Origin: Hemiscyllium ocellatum
Lineage: Eukaryota
Assembly: GCF_020745735.1 (NCBI RefSeq)
Contig: NC_083437.1
Coordinates: forward strand, 9,734,001 to 9,798,000
Reading direction: 5' to 3'
DNA: 64,000 bases
Shown: positions 1-13,744 of the stretch, one piece after another
How the letters are laid out: every line of letters begins with the position of its first letter
Numbering within the stretch: position 1 is the first letter of the stretch
Notes under the pieces: model-generated
The model's input: the letters and a program-made list of their open reading frames with translations, nothing else
The model's database searches: none
What the model was told of the DNA's origin: nothing
Translations under genes and position numbers: made by a program

Positions 1-59
1 CATCTATCCTGCTGAAAATGGCACCTTTCTTTGTGTTATTGGAACTTGAATATGTGTTT

Positions 60-1010
60 TTCTGTTTCATTATCTAGGTTGTTTGTAATTAGCTGAACCC
101 CAAACATGGACTTTTTTGGTGCAACCCATCACTTCTTGCTAATTAAGAGTTCCTGACTCTTCTTTGTCTCCTTCCACTCTGCCAATTCGCAAACTAGTTC
201 AATGAGTTGCCTTTACTTCAATGAGCTTTAACTTTAGTTAATAGTCTGTTATGAAGGACTTTATCAAATATGAAAAGTTCATATCAGTGACATTCATAGA
301 CATTGCCCTGCCTAAAACTAAAGTTACCTTCTCAAAAAAATTCAGTCAGTTTCATTGATAAATCCACTGATCATCCTTAATGACAGGTTCGAATAATTTC
401 TTGAACATAAATGTTAGGTCAAAACTGATGTATATTCCCTTGTGTCACCTTCCTTCATTATTGAAGTGACCTGTAGTTTTCTAATCTGAAACAGTGTTTA
501 CTGAAAAGAGAAAACTGGATGATTATGGTTAGGGCACCCACTGTGTTCACATCTGTCTCTTTTAAAACCAATGGGGTGGTATTTCTTTGACTCTGGAAGT
601 TTGTCACTGTACATTGCCATTAATTTCGCTATTCCTGTTTTTTTGCTTATGCTGATATTGTTGAGTTCCTTTTTCAATAAAAAAAATTGAGATGTCTAGC
701 ATGCTGTCCTCCTCCGTTTCTGTGAATACTGCACCATGCAATTATTCGGCTTGACCGCTACTTTCCCATTTTGTGGATGGTATCACTATTATTAGTCCTG
801 AGGAGCTCACATTGCTTTCCATTGCCTTTTTCTCCTAAAGTAATTGTAAATGGATTTGTTATGATTTTAATATCCCTTTCCAATGTCTTTTCATGCTCCA
901 TTTTTGGTGCTCCATTTGTTTTGTCAGCCTTCTCTATTTTTTGTTTTCTTTTTTTTCCCAAGATCTATGCTGTTTTGTCTTTTGCATTTTCAATGCTTTG
1001 TCTTTTACAT
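60..1010 (-). mobile_element. Old degenerate CR1 LINE ORF2 fragment
   Basis: Patchy similarity to the reverse strand of the young CR1 at 20940-23306 (FD and YFxSVFT regions). No ORF left. Confidence 0.45.
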
Positions 1011-2758
1011 ATGAGAAATTCCTGTTCAGGTAGACAGTTTGAGAGACGTTAAAAGTAAGGACTCTAAGAATGAGCTATTCACCCATAAATCGAATAAGAA
1101 AATTTGAAGGAGCATGTTCAAACAGAGGTGAGGATGTAAAGAATGTTGCTACAGAAAGGAGACGAACAGCTTCATTTAAGAGGAAGCTAGGTAAGTAGCG
1201 AGAAACAGAAGGGTATATTAACAGATTGCAAACATCTAAAATGAAAATTGGATTGAGTGGAGCAAAAACATGGATGGTTAGACTTCATATTCTGTTTCCA
1301 TGCCAAGAAATTCAATGTCTCCTTGTATGTGTTACTGACTTCAGTAAAGTGTGAAGAGGGACTGGAGAAAAAGTCAGAAGGGCCTTAATCTAGGGTCATG
1401 TTGAGAGATTTCAGCAATACACTACAACAACAGACTAACTCTCAAACAACTTTTATTACAGAGTATGAAATTCCAGGTTACAATCTGTGGAGTAATGTCT
1501 TCATTAGCAGAAACTTTTTTTTAGTCAAATGGTGACTTTCTGCTGTAAGATTTGACTTACACAATTTTAAAAAATACTTACCGACCAGCAAATAATTCAT
1601 GTCAGAAGCTGCTTTCAACTTTGCAACTTTGTCTGTTTTTCAGATAACTTAGAGCATGGAGTCAGGGTTTTCTAATTCCAGTGTCCATTTGGTCCATAGT
1701 GCTTGTGCTGTCTCTGCAAGAGCAATTTTAGCTTGTTTCACTCTTCTACCTTTTCAACAGAGCACTGCAGTTTTATTACCTTTCAATTGCTACTCTGCTC
1801 CCTTCAGCTCATATTTCTTTCATCAGTCTAACATCTGGGTTCTATGTTATCTTTAGTTATTTAATAGACATTTATGTCCATCCATAGAATCAAGCAATCT
1901 CTTTACAAATAATGAATATTTAAATCAATGCACACTTTTAAAAAAATCCTCCCAAAATCTAGGCTGAGGTTCAACTGTTTCATTTTCTCCTTTTTTTCCC
2001 CCATGTTGACACGGTGAGGACATATTGCTTTTTGATGATCGTCATGTCATCCATCAACCTTATAGGGGGTTTTATAGCTCAATATCCTTTCCATTGAGAA
2101 CATTTATCTGGCCACTGACACCAATACAGTTATTTTTGCACTCAACAACTCCTGTTATGGGACTTAAGCCCAGGCCTTTCAGCTGAGAATCTGTTGAGTT
2201 CTACCAGCTCCTGTAGGTTTAACCCCCCCTTGCAACATCACTAGAACAGGCCATCATTACCTTATTGGTATAAGGTACTTCCATTGGCTATAAGGTGCTT
2301 TGGAATATCCTGAGGCTACAGAAAACATTTATGTATACATGCAAGACTATCATTTTATCCGTTTCCCTATTAACACTGGACTTGAAAATGTATCTGTACC
2401 TGGATGTGCATGAGGTACCAACTGGCTCTGGGATAATGATTGGACATTACTTTACAAGTCTGACAAGTTTGGATGTAAAGTAAAACCCCCTCAACTTTCT
2501 CTAACATTGTGCCTGAACCCCACACTCAAAAGCCAATTTTTGTTTGTACTGATCTAAGTATGATCAATTTTTCAAATCAGTTGACGACATAAAGCTGCAA
2601 TGAGACAAACTGCCTCAGAATTTTTAATAAGCTTTCTGCATCTTTGTGAAGTTGTGTTTCCTAAGATCAGTCTTGGTGTGGCCCCCAATTTAATACCTCA
2701 GAGGTGACTGCAGGATGAAGATTTAGCAGATTGAGGGTTGCTGGATGGGATTGGCCTA

Positions 2759-3058
2759 GGGGCGACACGGTGGCTCAATGGTTAGCACTTCTGTCTCACA
2801 GCATCAGGGTCCCAGGTTCGATTCCAGCCTCGAGTGACTGTGCAAACTCCACACAGACATTCTCCTTGTATCTGCGTGGGTTTCCTCCGGGTGCTCCAGT
2901 TTCCTCCCACAAAGATGTACAGGTCAGGTGAATTGGCCATGCTAAATTGCCCACAGAAGGAATTGGGTCTGGGTGGATTGCTGTTTAGGGAGCCAGTGTG
3001 GATTGGTTGTGCCGAAGGGCTTGTTTCCACACTGTAGGGAATCTAACTTAATCTAATC
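2759..3058 (+). mobile_element. HE1-type V-SINE (tRNA-derived)
   Basis: tRNA-like head (tggctcaatggttagc ... ggttcgattcc), V-domain (tgcgtgggtttcctccgggtgctcc), CR1-like 3' end and (TCTAA)n tail. Confidence 0.9.
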
Positions 3059-3525
3059 ATCAGCTGGGTGGGGATGGGCTGCAAAATGTAAGTGTTTAAA
3101 CTGCAGGGTTTTTTCCCCAAAATAGTCCTTCTCATGGGTGATTGATTTGTGGCAGCAATTATGACTCTCCTATCAATCCTTTAGCAATGCCCATCATCAA
3201 GAAAAGGTCATGAGATTATTTAAAGAGGTCTTTCACCTGTTAATGCTCAGTCCAAACTCTACAGCAACCATTGCTGCCTTGCAGCTTGTGAACCAAGGGG
3301 GTCATAAGGTGAGATTTTTGATTCACAAATTGCACGGCCACATGGTTGCTGTAGAGTTTGGACTGAGCGCTAACAGGCAAAAAGCACCTTTAAAGTTCAA
3401 TGCCCCACAATTTGGATAGTCTTGTTTAAACTAAGAAAGCACTTGTTGAAATTGCTGTGCTTTGTGCATATTTTTGTGTGATTGAAATTTCTCAAAGACC
3501 TTTACTGGGCAAGGTTCAGTGTACC

Positions 3526-3655
3526 ATGAAAGAACACAAAGAACTGCAGATGTTGGAGATCTGAAATAGATTGAAACAGAAATTTCAACAGGTCTGGCAG
3601 CATCTGTGGAGAGATGTTCCCTCTGGCTTGTCCAGCAATTTCTGTTCTTGTTTGT
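3526..3655. mobile_element. Degenerate PLE pLTR-derived mini-element
   Basis: pLTR words aactgcagatgttggagatctgaaa and ggtctggcagcatctgtggagag. 11-bp TSD TTCAGTGTACC at 3515-3525 and 3656-3666. Confidence 0.65.
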
Positions 3656-3756
3656 TTCAGTGTACCCTTGCTTGACTGACAAGCCCATGAATGATGATAG
3701 CCAAGAAGATTTCTTCTCTGATGAAAACTTTTAGCAAACTATTCTTTTATTTTCAG

Positions 3757-3889
3757 GTGAAGCAGGTGGAATCAGGCACCATCAGTTTTCATTTCTCGTG
3801 CCGTTCGGATAAGCGTGCAGACAACAATGCTGAGCTGAGTGGTTCCACAAAGTCAGGCGGAGCGCTGAGTTCGCAAAATTCTTCATTCC
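3757..3889 (+). CDS. NPHP4: NPHP4 internal coding exon (133 nt, phase 0->1): VKQVESGTISFHFSCRSDKRADNNAELSGSTKSGGALSSQNSSF
   Basis: Acceptor ttcttttattttcag| and donor |gtaagt. The N-terminus matches the NPHP4 motif VKQVESGTLRFQFS (recalled). Confidence 0.92.
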
Positions 3890-5469
3890 GTAAGTTACCT
3901 GCCAGCTGCTGTAGAAGCAATGGTATTATGAGTATTTTGAATAAAACAATAATTAGCAATTTGTGTTTATCTGTGCAGTCCAAGTCATGAAATGCATTTT
4001 TCCCAACCTGGGCATTCATTAGATTGTACTGTTTTGAAAGAAGGATTTCAAATCTCTTTTACTAACTGGAAAAATGAAATATATTCAACATTTTATGTTT
4101 TAAAAAAGCTCTAATTCAGGTAGAGTGGAGTGTTAATGAGCATCATATTTATTCAGGTTAAATAATTTTAGGAGGGTATATCAGTGAAAAAATTGTGTTA
4201 CATTCCAGATTTGATCATGTAATCCAGATTGACACTTCTCTATTGGGTACTTCTAGGGCAGTGCTTTTTTTTAATGGCATGTTAATCAAAATCCCAGTTT
4301 ACCTGTTGTTGCAGAGAGAAGAAATCTTGTGGCATTGCTGAAATGGGAATAGGGAGCTTTTCCATATTTATTCCTCTGCTAGAATCATCAGAAGCAGATT
4401 GAGGAAACTGGGCCTGTCATTTTATTCATTTTGTAATTTTCTCCCCTGCTTAGCTGATGTTACACAGTGAGTTTCCCAAGAGCTAGCAAGCTTACATTGG
4501 CCAAATGGTCATTCTTTATGTGGATGTCAGGAAATTAATTGAATATATGCAGGGCATTAACAATGCTTGATCTCCCCTTTGTCCAATGTATTTTAAGTAG
4601 TAAGAAGAGAAAGATTAAATGAACTGTTCAACCCTCAAGATGATCAACCCCTGGCCTGGAAGAGTGTGAGAGATGTTAGAGGCATCATTGCACATATTTA
4701 ACATTAATTTGTAAAACGGTGGATTTACACTGTTATATCTCTGTTGAAGAAGGGAGATAAAAGGTGCCTGAAGAATTGAAGACCATGATAGAGTTCTTAC
4801 TACGTTAGAACATTAGAACATTGCAGCACAGTACAGGCCCTTCGGCCCTCAATGTTGCGCCGATCTGTGAAACTAGTCTGAAGCTCATCTAGCCTACATT
4901 ATTCCATTTTCATCCGTGTATCTATCCAATGACCATTTATAGGTGAGTCTACTGCTGTTGCAGGCAGGTCATTCCACGCCCCTCCAACACTCTGAGTAAC
5001 GAAACTACCTTTGATGTCTGTCTTCTATCTATCATCCCTCAATTTAAAGCTATGTCCCCTCATGCTTGCCATCACCTTCTGAGGAAAAAGGCTCTCACTG
5101 TCCATATTACTCATATTGTATGCCTTTATTAAGTCACTTCTTAACTACCTTCTCTCGAACGGAAACAGCCTCAAGTCTCTCAGCCAGGCAACATCCTAGT
5201 AAATTTCCTCTGAACCTTTTCCAAAACTTCCACATCCCCTAATGCAATGACCAGAACTGTACTTAATACTCCAAGTGCGGCCGCACCAGAGTTTTGTACA
5301 GCTGCAGCATGACCTCATGGCTCCGAAACTCAATCCCTTTACTAATTAAAGGCTTCTTAGAAGTATGCCTGCTAAATAACCCTACCAATCTGGGTGGCAA
5401 CTTTCAGGGAACTATATACATGGACAATGAGATCTCTATGCTCATTTACACTAAACAGGAATCTTACCA

Positions 5470-6336
5470 GGACATTCAGCCTTGGACCTTCGGGTGACCA
5501 TCCTCCAAGGTGGACTTTGGGAACAGGCAGCAGAGAAAAGGGGCCGAGCAGAGGCTGATAGCTAAGTTCGGTACCAATAGGGAGGGCCTCAACCGGGACC
5601 TTGGGTTCATATCACATTATGGGTGACCACCATTGCACTACACACACACACACACACTCACTCCTATACACAAGGACACACATGCACACAGACACACACA
5701 CACACCCTTACAGACACATACACACTCCCACATTCTCACAGACCTAAGACACTCTGCACTCACTACACACACATACACTTTCTCACACTCACAACCCCCC
5801 ACTCAGACAGACAGGCACACACAGACAGACAAAGACCCACATGCACACATATATTTTGTGGGGTGAATTTGTACTTGCAGAGTTACATTGTACTTTGCTC
5901 AAAAACTGCGTGCATTCATGGAGAACTCTGAGCTCAAAAACTGCATGAATTTATGTAAAAATTTGTTATCTCACTTTTTAGATTAGAATCAATCTAAACA
6001 TCATGGTATAGACAGAGAACACAGGGGACCAACACCTTCAACATATTGTCTAGCTATCACCATTGTTAACAGCTAACCCGAGAATGCAACATTTTAAAAA
6101 AAAGGGTTTTGTGATTTACACATGAAAGAAGTGAAACTATCACTGTATTCCAACAGATGAAAGGCTTAACAGACAATCAATTTTTCAATGTACAATTTCA
6201 GTTACATCATATTGTAAATTTTTGCTATAAATTCTGTGTTAGGATTGAGCCCTCCACTATCACCTGATGAAGGAGCGCCGCTCCGAAAGCTAGTGTGCTT
6301 CCAATTAAACCTGTTGGACTATAACCTGATTTTTAA
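5470..6336 (+). mobile_element. Penelope-like element 3' end (GIY-YIG C-terminus, CA-rich spacer, pLTR) nested in CR1
   Basis: Encodes HSALDLRVTILQGG..AEQRLIAKFGTNREGLNRDLGFISHY. 11-bp TSD GAATCTTACCA at 5459-5469 and 6337-6347. The CR1 resumes in register. Confidence 0.85.
6261..6295 (+). ncRNA. Minimal type I hammerhead ribozyme motif (intact)
   Basis: CAC-CUGAUGA-A-GGAGC-GCC-GCUCC-GAAA-GC-UA-GUG. Stem I is CAC/GUG, stem II is GGAGC/GCUCC, the helix III remnant AGCU is palindromic, and the cleavage triplet is CUA. Confidence 0.85.
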
Positions 6337-7529
6337 GAATCTTACCATTAGCCCAGTACTCTGCATTCCTGTTACTCCTTCCAAAGTGATCACCTCACGC
6401 TTTTCCACATTAAACTCCAGTTGCCATCTCTCAGCCCAGCTCTGCAGCTTATCTATGTCACTTTGTAACCTACAACATCCTTGGACACTATCCACAACTG
6501 TATCAACCTTAGTGTTGTCTGCAAATTTACTAACACATCCTTCTACGCCCTCCTCCAGTTCATTTATAGAAACAGCAGTGGCCCCAAAACAGATCCTTGC
6601 AGGGACCACAAGTAACTGAACTCCAGGATGAACATTTCCCATCAGCAACTACCCTCTGTCTTCTTTTAGCTAGCCAATTTCTGATCCAAACCACTAAATC
6701 ACCCTCCGTCCCATGCCTCTGTATTTTGTGCAACAGCCTACCATGGGGAACCTTCTCAAACACCTTACAAAAATCCAAATACACCACATCAACGGCTTTA
6801 ACCTTAACCACCTGTTTGGTCACCTTCTCAAAGAACTCTGTAAGACTTGTGAGACATGACCTCCCCTTCACAATACTGTGTTGACTATCCCTAATCAAAT
6901 TATTCCTTTATAGATTATTATAAATCCCATTTCTTATAACCTTTTCCAATACTTTACCCACAACCGAAGTAAGGCTCACTGGTCTATAATTACCGAGGTT
7001 GTCTCTACTACCCTTCTTGAACAAGGGGACAACATTATCTATCCTCCAGCCTTCTGGCACTATTCCTGTAGCCAATGATGACGTAAAGATCAAAGCCAAA
7101 GACTCTGCAATCTCCTCCCTGGCTTCCCAGGGAATCCTAGGATAAATCCCATTTGGCCAGGGGGCTTATCTATCTTCACACTTTGCAGAATTGTTAACAT
7201 CTCCTCCTTGTGAACCTCAATATCCTCTAGTCTAGTAGCCTTTATCTCAGTATTCTCCTCAACAACAGTATCTTTTTCCAGTGTGAATACTGATGAAAAA
7301 TATTAATTTAGTGCTTCCCTTATCTCTTCTTACGCCATGCATAACTTCCCACTACTATCCTTGATTGGGCCTAATCTTACTCTCGTTGTTCTTTTATTCC
7401 TGATATAATGATAGAAAGCCTTAGGTTTTACATGATCCTATCCACCAATGACTTCTCAAGTCCCCTCCTGTCTCTCCTTAGCGTTCTCTTTAGGTCTAGA
7501 TGAGGAGATAAATGATAGATCTAGAAACT

Positions 7530-8378
7530 GAAAGCATACTCGTAAATAGGTACCATGAATTTTAAGTCATGTTTCGCCAATGTCGCTGAATTCTTTGGAG
7601 AGGTAATAGAGAAAATAGACCAGGGTCATGTAATGGATTTAATAAATCTAGATTTCATAAGGCCTTCAATAGATCCCATGTAATAGACAAATGAATATTT
7701 TCATGAATGATTGAAGAATGTGAGACGCCTTGTGAGCTCCCTACAGCAGATTTAACTCTAACATTTCTTATATGTGTACTTCTTTGCTTACTATGATCTG
7801 CTTGTAAACAAAGCTTTTCACTGTACCTCGGTACATGCAACAATAATTCAATTGGAGCATATGGAGTTAGATTAGATTACTTATGATTAGATTACTTACA
7901 GTGTGGAAACAGGCCCTTCGGCCCAACAAGTCCACACCGACCCGCCGAAGCGCAACCCACCCATACCCCTACATATACCCCTTACCTAATACTATGGACA
8001 ATTTAGCATGGCCAATTCACCTGACCCACACATCTTTGGACTGTGGGAGGAAACCGGAGCACCCGGAGGAAACCCACACAGACACGGGGAGAACGTGCAA
8101 ACTCCACACAGTCAGTCGCCTGAGGTGGGAATTGAACCCAGGTCCCTGGCGCTGTGAGGCAGCAGTGCTAACCACTGTGCCACCGTGCCACCCACCCACG
8201 AGTTGGGGGACAGGTTACAAAATGGAAAGAAGCCTGGCATAAAGACCAAAAGCAGAGTTGGGATTAAGGAGAGCTGCCAGAGTGGCAGAATGTCAGAAGT
8301 GAGTGCCACAAGGATTAGCACTGGGCCAACTGCTGTTCACAACTTATATTAAGAATTTAGACTTTAGAATCAAAAACA
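7530..8378 (+). mobile_element. Old CR1 RT fragment interrupted by an HE1 SINE
   Basis: Degenerate EFFxEV / LDFxKAF / PQGxxLGxLLF coding remnants. Confidence 0.6.
7869..8199 (-). mobile_element. HE1-type V-SINE, young full-length copy
   Basis: Near-exact reverse complement of 32091-32415. 5-bp TSD GAGTT at 7864-7868 and 8200-8204. Confidence 0.92.
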
Positions 8379-8423
8379 TGGGCTGAATTTTCACTCACAG
8401 CCTGCAGAAATTGTTCCTGACTC

Positions 8424-9016
8424 TGTTATGGCCTAGGCCAAACCACTCAAAACATTCTTAAGCAGGCAGCCCAGACCATAACTTTGCAATTTGTTTTGGT
8501 CAGTGTACAATGAATGTTACCCAAGGTAAGTTAGCGAGAGAGACTACTAGGTTTTAAAACGGACAAACGTTTATTCACAAAATTACGCAATGAAACACAA
8601 AAAACACAACAAATAACCCCTATAGAATTCAGTCTAATCAAACTAGACATAATTATGCTGTTCCAAATTTATACAATAGTCCCAATAAGCAAACCCCCTT
8701 AAAGAAACAGTAAAAAAAAGGAACAAATGCTTACAGGTTGAAGTTAGAAGGGCAAAAGGAGAGGGAGAGTTCATTTTCACAGAGCTCACTGTTGAACTTC
8801 TAACTAGTTCTGAATTGAACTGCCCAGCTAGAGAGCTGACCACTGCCCTTTCATTGTACAGGTCACTTCTAAGGTCTCTTAATACCATTTAATCTCTGTA
8901 CCAAACCAGTCTGATCAGAACCAGGAGATGTTTGTGACCCTTCTGGAAAAAGGCAAGGACACAGTATCCTTGAGAAAAGGGACAGCTTTTAGAAAAAAGG
9001 GACCAGCTTTGTGACA
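8424..9016 (-). mobile_element. Solo LTR (593 bp), Gypsy-like
   Basis: TGTTA...TGACA termini with flanks ACTC/GCTC (4 bp, 1 mismatch). Homologous to 26256-26880. Orientation inferred from an AATAAA on the minus strand. Confidence 0.75.
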
Positions 9017-11429
9017 GCTCTATGAACCTAATTCAGGAGAAAGTGAAAGACTTAGATGTTCTGATTTTCATTCTAGGGACGAGTTGCAGGGGCGGAGGTG
9101 CAGCAGGTATTAACAGGAGTAGGTGCCACTGCCCCTGGAAACAGTGCAATGACAGTCACAGGGGTGCATGGTGTGAAGGCAGACTGTTTAAACAGGCCTT
9201 CCTCACCACTCTGGCTCTTCTTATCATCAGTTTTACAAAAAGAAAATGGCGTTTCCTCCAACCTCTTCAGCAAATCTTCTGTCGTTTGTGACACCTCCTC
9301 ACGTTGCTTTGTCATGAGCTATCTGTCCCACTCACTGTCTCCCACCCCCTGCCATTTCCCTCTCTCCTAATTGGTAGATTCTGATCCCCCACCCTACCAT
9401 CCCTCTAGTTTTTGATCTTTGTGTTTTGCCACTAAGCGCACCCAGGTTGAGGCCTTTTGCCTCTTTGTTTCCCTCGTGACAGTCAGCTGCCAATCTGCCC
9501 AGCTGCTGGGAGGGAAATGGGAAAAACAATAGTAGTGTGATTACATTTGTATTCCCAGGATTTTCAGCTTTCAATAACTTGATCACAACTGTACCATGAA
9601 CCTGCTTCTCTATAAATATCAGGGTCGAAAGGTGGCAACTGTAAAAAAAAAAATGCTGATGCGAAACCAGTGTACATCTTTTAATGTCATGGATGGGATT
9701 AGCTCTATTATCTTTTAATTATGATACCTTTCCATTTCATAAAGCTTTTTGGAAAATCCAAATAGCGTTGTGAATATATGTATATGTCACTCCTTTCAGG
9801 TGGTACCTGTCTCTGTAAAAAGAGAAAATAAAACTTGTATTTGGCTACCTTACAAGCGGCTTTTAAGTAACTTGGTTACACTTACTGTAGGTTCAGTGAA
9901 ACCTCTTGCTCTGGGCTAACCAATGCATCTTGTTTTTGGTTTCATTCATGCTCTGTGCTGTCGAAACAAACATTAATATTGCAATGTATAAGTCTCAGAC
10001 ATAAGGAATAACATTATTATTCTACTAACAGTCCTACACATCTTATATGATTGCCTAAATCCCAATTGTATATTGAAGCGAAAATAACGCTGATTGTTTT
10101 AGTCTTATTGTCCCCTTTCCCCATCCCTATTTTCTACTTTCTGTTTATTGATTTTTTTTTAACTTTGCCTTCTGCTCGCCTAGCTATCGTAACTAATTTA
10201 CCTTGTCCTGCTGTTTAAAGCTTTAAATGTTTCAGTTACCTTTACTTTGATGACTGCCAGAAGATTGCTGTCTAGGGAATTTCAGTGGCTGAGAATTAGT
10301 TTTAAAAGGCAATTTGTCATCTTGTCTAAAAGATCCTAGAGGGTGTACACTGACAGGGTTGCATCCTGGTCGTAATGGATAATGTTTTTAATGTGAGAAT
10401 TCGGATCCTCACCAGCAAAGGTTGCTGCAGTCCCTGCAGTTTGTCATACCGACAATGTCCAACTCCTCTGTGATGATTGGTCTTGTTTGAAAATTAACTT
10501 GTTCCAGTATGGAGTGCATCTATTGTTTTTTAATTTGTGCCATGGTGGTTGAATTGTTAAAGGAACATTCTCCTTCCTCCAGTCAGAATGTAGTGATTTG
10601 ATAGGGGTCCCCTGTGAGATGAGATTGATTTGTGGAGTGTAGGTTGTCAGGGAAAATTGAATTTTCAGGCATTTGGTGAGACATGGTTTATTGCGCAGAG
10701 CTGATTCCTTTTATCACAAGAACAATGTACAATTGGCTGTTTCTGAACAAAAGCAATATTCCCTTTCCACTTATTAGAAATCATTCTACCTTCCATTTAA
10801 CGTTTAAAGCAATGACCTTACCTGTTATGTTGCATATTTTGGGAAGTGAATCCCTTCCCCCTTTTGACTCATAAGTGGGACAAGAGAAGAATTATCATGG
10901 GAAAATCAGGAAAGACCTGTTTCCACCTGTCTTCCCTCATTCCTTTGCAACCCATGCTTCCCTTGTCCTTTTTGAGATGGTATGAGGTGTGGATGAGTCA
11001 TGGAGTGGAGGGACGATGGACTGTGAAGCTGAGAGCTAGAGAACCTAATTGTTTCTAAAACAACCAGGGCCAAGACTCAGGACTGGGGCAGGCCTTCTAA
11101 CCAGCCAGCTCAGAATATGTTTCCCATCCCAACCCTCTTAAGGTCACCTAAGATTTGCTTCTGGGGTTGGCATGTCCAGCTGCATTTCCCCAGGAAATCT
11201 GGGTGTAAAGTCTGAAACCAAGGGATCAGCAGAGGGTCTGCTGAGTTTGATAATTTCCTGACTCAAATGACCTGTCTTGTTTGGAAGCAGTTGATTATTG
11301 GAGTCTGCAGGGGTCAATGACTTAGATGTTTTTACGGTATAGTAGTAGTGCCCCTACCTCTGGGTCAGGTGGCCCAGGCTTCTTCAGATATGTGTTTGAA
11401 CAACTTGATTAAAATAACTAGCTGAGTGG

Positions 11430-12160
11430 AGGCATGCTGGCTAAATTTGTAGAAGACATAAAGCTCCGTATGAAAGTGTGTTATTGTGAAGCCACAAGGT
11501 GGTTGCAGCTAGAAAGGTAGGTTGAGTGAGTGGGCAAACAGCTTGACAGAAGGAGTATAATCTGTGTTAAATGTGAAATTGTTCACTTTGGTATTTAAAA
11601 TAAGAAAAGAGCTATGTAGCACCTGCAGCACTTTGAGGTGCAGAGGTGTCTAGATGTTCGAGTGCATAAGTCACAAAAATTTAGAATGCAGGTACAGCAA
11701 ATAATTGAGAAGGCTAATGGGATGCTGTCCTTTCGTACGAGAGAAATTGAACATGTAAATAAGGATGCTATCCTTCAGTTATACAGCACTTTGGTGAAAC
11801 TACATGTTAAATACTGTGCACGGGTTTGGTCTCATTGTTTATGGAAGGATATAAATATGTTGGAGGTGGTTTGGAGAAGGTTTACTAAATTGATACTGGA
11901 ATGAGTGAAAAAAGGATTGAACAGACTGGGTTTGTTGTCTCTGGAGTCTAGAACAGTAAGTGGTGACTGAACTGAAGTGTATAAGTTTCTGAAAATGATG
12001 TTTCTTCTTGTGGGTGAGTCCACATCAAGGGAAGGGTTTAAAATTAAGGGTTGCACTTTCAGGACCGAGGTAAAGAGAATTAATTATCCCTGAGAGTTGT
12101 ACAACTTTGAAGTGGGATCATTGAATATTTTTAAGGTGAAGTTAGATAGATTTTTGTTAG
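11430..12160 (+). mobile_element. Old CR1 ORF2 3' fragment
   Basis: ORF 11638-11904 (KANGMLSF..LQLYSTLVKLHVKYC) is a decayed CR1 C-terminus. Confidence 0.8.
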
Positions 12161-12224
12161 ACACGTGATCACTGGCTCATGCTATGAATGTTTAGGTGTG
12201 GACAGGAGAGTTTTCAATGTACTG

Positions 12225-12310
12225 TTGATGAAGGGCTTTTACCCGAAATGTCGATTTTCCTGCTCCTCGGATGCTGCCTGAACTGCTGTGCTTTTCCAGC
12301 ACCACTAATC
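12225..12310 (+). mobile_element. PLE pLTR 3' fragment beginning at a degenerate hammerhead core
   Basis: tgatgaagggcttttacccgaaatgtcgattttcctgctcctcggatgctgcctgaactgctg. Confidence 0.75.
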
Positions 12311-12843
12311 CAAAATGCAAAATATTAAAGAATAGTGATTCGGCATTCATTGTTGAAGCCTCACAAATCAGCAATAGCCACTTAGGGAGGGTGGGGGTGG
12401 GGGGGTGGGAGGTGGAATTATTGAAGAGTTCCCAACTCTTAAGGAAGGAAGGATCAGCAAGAAATAGTGAAAAAAAATGAAGTGTAAATCTTTTTGAAGT
12501 GAAGTTGGAAAGTAACTTGGACACTCAAAGTCTCATGGTAAGTTCAAACTCAGTTGATGTGGGATTGATTATTAATTTTAAAAATGAGATTGACAGACGT
12601 TTTGTAATCCAAAAATATTAAGGGATGTGGGCCAGAGGAAAGTATATGGAGTTAGGTTGCAAATGAACAATGAACTCACTGACAACTAGAATATGTTTGG
12701 AGATAAATAGCTTCCTCCTGTTCCTTGCCTCCTTACAGAGATTTTCTCCCTAGTCTATTGACACTTTGAGGTAATGCCACATATTCTTCATGATTGATTT
12801 GTTTTGAGCATGTTTACCTAATGCAGAACGTGAATCTGACAGT

Positions 12844-12986
12844 CCCCAAACCAAAAGAGAAAATACTGGAAAATCTCAGCAGGTCTGGCAGCTTTGACAA
12901 AGGGTCAGTTAGACTCGAAACGTCAGCTCTTTTCTCTCCTTACAGATGCTGCCAGACCTGCTGAGATTTTCCAGCATTTTCTCTCT
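12844..12986. mobile_element. Fold-back PLE mini-element with a central degenerate hammerhead
   Basis: ~38-bp inverted arms (aagagaaaatactggaaaatctcagcaggtctggcagc and its complement). 13-bp TSD TGAATCTGACAGT at 12831-12843 and 12987-12999. Confidence 0.85.
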
Positions 12987-13261
12987 TGAATCTGACAGTA
13001 TTTGGCAGAACGCATGTCTGGTGAGGGCCAAGGTTTATGTTTGTAATTCCTCAGAAAAAGTAATCATTCAACATGCTTACGAATGTTCTCAATGGATATG
13101 GAACAACACCAAATAAGGAGTATGTATCTGCAGGTGATAAGAGGTTACATATTATTTGCTGCGTCTTTAGGACACTTGACGAGTGATGGCTCCCGATGTG
13201 TTCTTGTCCTTTTGCTTTTGTGGAGCTCCCAAATGATTGAGCATGTGTTTTCTATCTTTAG

Positions 13262-13305
13262 GCAGAAAAACCTCTGACGCTTCAAAATATCCACCTGAGC
13301 AAATG
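13262..13305 (+). CDS. NPHP4: Probable NPHP4 short linker exon (44 nt, phase 1->0): (R)RKTSDASKYPPEQM
   Basis: Acceptor gtgttttctatctttag| and donor |gtgagt. Open frame that supplies exactly the 1->0 phase change needed after 3889. Little protein similarity (variable linker). Confidence 0.7.
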
Positions 13306-13744
13306 GTGAGTACACTTTTAGATTAATTTTTGAATCCTTTTATTTCCTTCATTCCCCTGCAACTTCTAAATTCTGAAAACTTGTTCTGTGCCATAAACCA
13401 TTTTCCGTTGTAGCTAGACGTCTATCTGGCTGACGAAAAACCCAAAGGGTCACCAGTTCAAATTCCACATTGTAAAATGAAAATGAATAATTTTTATTTT
13501 GTAAAGTATGGGGCTGATGTGATACAGTAACAAAGCAAGCTGCTATGTGTTGGTTGGATACACTTGGTGTTAAATCAACTACGGTTTTTAATCTTCAGTC
13601 TACCCTGAGCTCTTTCAAGCACTGTTCATGCTATCCTAAGTGCAGTATCTCTCATTTCTGTTCACTGTGTCTCACTGTCAGTTACACTGTCAGTACCATT
13701 CCAGGGTTTAACCTGAATCTGGAGAGTATTTTGTACAAAAGGTA

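Larger units (their letters stand above)
4804..7497 (-). mobile_element. 5'-truncated decayed CR1 LINE, interrupted by a PLE at 5470-6336
   Basis: Minus-strand ORF pieces with NYRPVSLTS, GRSCLT and SKFADNTK. 3' tail repeat reads (ttagaaca)n on the + strand. Confidence 0.92.

Noticed and set aside
5623-5931. His/Thr-rich ORFs
   Set aside because: These are translations of the CA-rich spacer in the PLE 3' region.
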